In this document: piece by piece, positions 62,931-64,000 of the stretch
Numbering within the stretch: position 1 is the first letter of the stretch
Layout of the letters: every line of letters begins with the position of its first letter
NCBI GenBank assembly: GCA_012026655.1
Contig: JAAILG010000165.1
Span: 62,001 to 126,000 of the forward strand
From: Hydrolagus affinis
Taxonomy: Eukaryota
DNA: 64,000 nt
Direction of reading: 5' to 3'
The notes under the pieces: model-generated
Database searches by the model: none
Seen by the model: only the letters and a program-made list of their open reading frames with translations
Told to the model about the DNA's origin: nothing
Translations under genes and position numbers: made by a program

Positions 62931-63784
62931 ATATTTAGCACAGCGGTTAAATAATCATAATCACTACGCTGAATATCAAGATATCTGAGAATTTAGGACA
63001 GGATAAAGAATGTATTGATACTAACAGAACTCATTGTGTATTTTCCATTATGGTATCTGTCTGAGCTCTACAACTACGCCACATTACAGATGGTACTGTA
63101 AGTGACCATAATTGGAATTATCTCCCATTATCTCTAATTTTATAATTTGATGAATTGTAACCATTAGAGAACCATTATGAGAACCATTGTTCATAAGAAC
63201 GTATGTCTTCCATGTTAAACACCAGATCAGAGATCAAATGTGGATCTCTAAAGCCGTAATCTTAAATTCAAATTGATCTCAGTATTTTTCTGGAAAGCGT
63301 ATCAAGACAGTATAAGCATATACAATTCCGTCAGTTTCTTTTCTGATAAACTTAAATTAATGACTACAAAAGGAGTACAAGAGATTTAAATGTTTTAATA
63401 ATATTTTATTGGAGCAAATGGCAAAAATCTTAGCGTTATTAATTATAGCATATATTACATCAAGTCACTGATAAGAGGGAATAACAGGAAATGAGGAATG
63501 GAATGTAATCTCATTTTTGGAATAAGATGACAGTTATAAACTGCCTGATCTTTACTCTTCTGGTTTATGACATTATCATTAATTTATAGCATTATTACTT
63601 AGTCTAAGGTATCAATTATTCCTACCTAAAGTGATCAGCATTTTATAGAGACTGTATTTTATATAATTCTTCCAATGCTGCTTTCAAATTTATAGAGGAG
63701 TAGCAAATAGAGTAATACTGAGGGTTTTGGTCACTCAAAAACATCTATTTTCAATGGGTCACCTTAGTTATGGTGGAACCCGTA

Positions 63785-64000
63785 GAGTGCAACCTGTGGC
63801 TCAATGGCTAGAGCACTTGTCTTGCAAGCTGGGGAGACCAAGCTAGGGAGACCTGTGCTCGAATCCAGGCAGGTCAGGGTGAAACCTTGGGCAAGTTTCC
63901 TTACTCCACACGCCTAAAAAAAACACAATAATAAAATTGGTCATTTCAATCCACGACTGTTTGTGGGGCACTGCTGTACACAATTGGCTGCCGCGATTCA
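63785..64000 (+). mobile_element. tRNA-SINE with duplicated head segment, truncated by window end
   Basis: A/B boxes, gaaaccttgggcaagtttccttactccac, Deu core. Confidence 0.88.

Overview
AT-rich vertebrate genomic DNA. The tRNA-derived Deu-domain SINEs, L2/CR1 LINE fragments and Penelope-type inverted repeat point to a cartilaginous fish, most likely a holocephalan/chimaera (inference from repeat families). Most of the window (1 to about 51.7 kb) is the 5' part of CDC42BPB (MRCK-beta kinase) on the minus strand. I traced 22 frame-consistent GT-AG coding exons covering the kinase domain, AGC C-tail and coiled coil. The start codon falls in a 100-N assembly gap just below a CpG-island promoter. 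The most interesting signals are in the variable region after exon 20: a 51-nt cassette exon, a candidate 24-nt microexon, a candidate two-exon path (112+157 nt) that is frame-equivalent to exon 21, a 19-nt perfect complementarity pairing the exon-18 and exon-21 donor regions 2.3 kb apart, and an inverted SINE pair. Upstream of the gene is a TSD-flanked palindromic Penelope-type element with hammerhead-like cores, whose spacer appears to be copied from DNA about 650 bp away. Exon boundaries were read by eye to the base; repeat boundaries are approximate.
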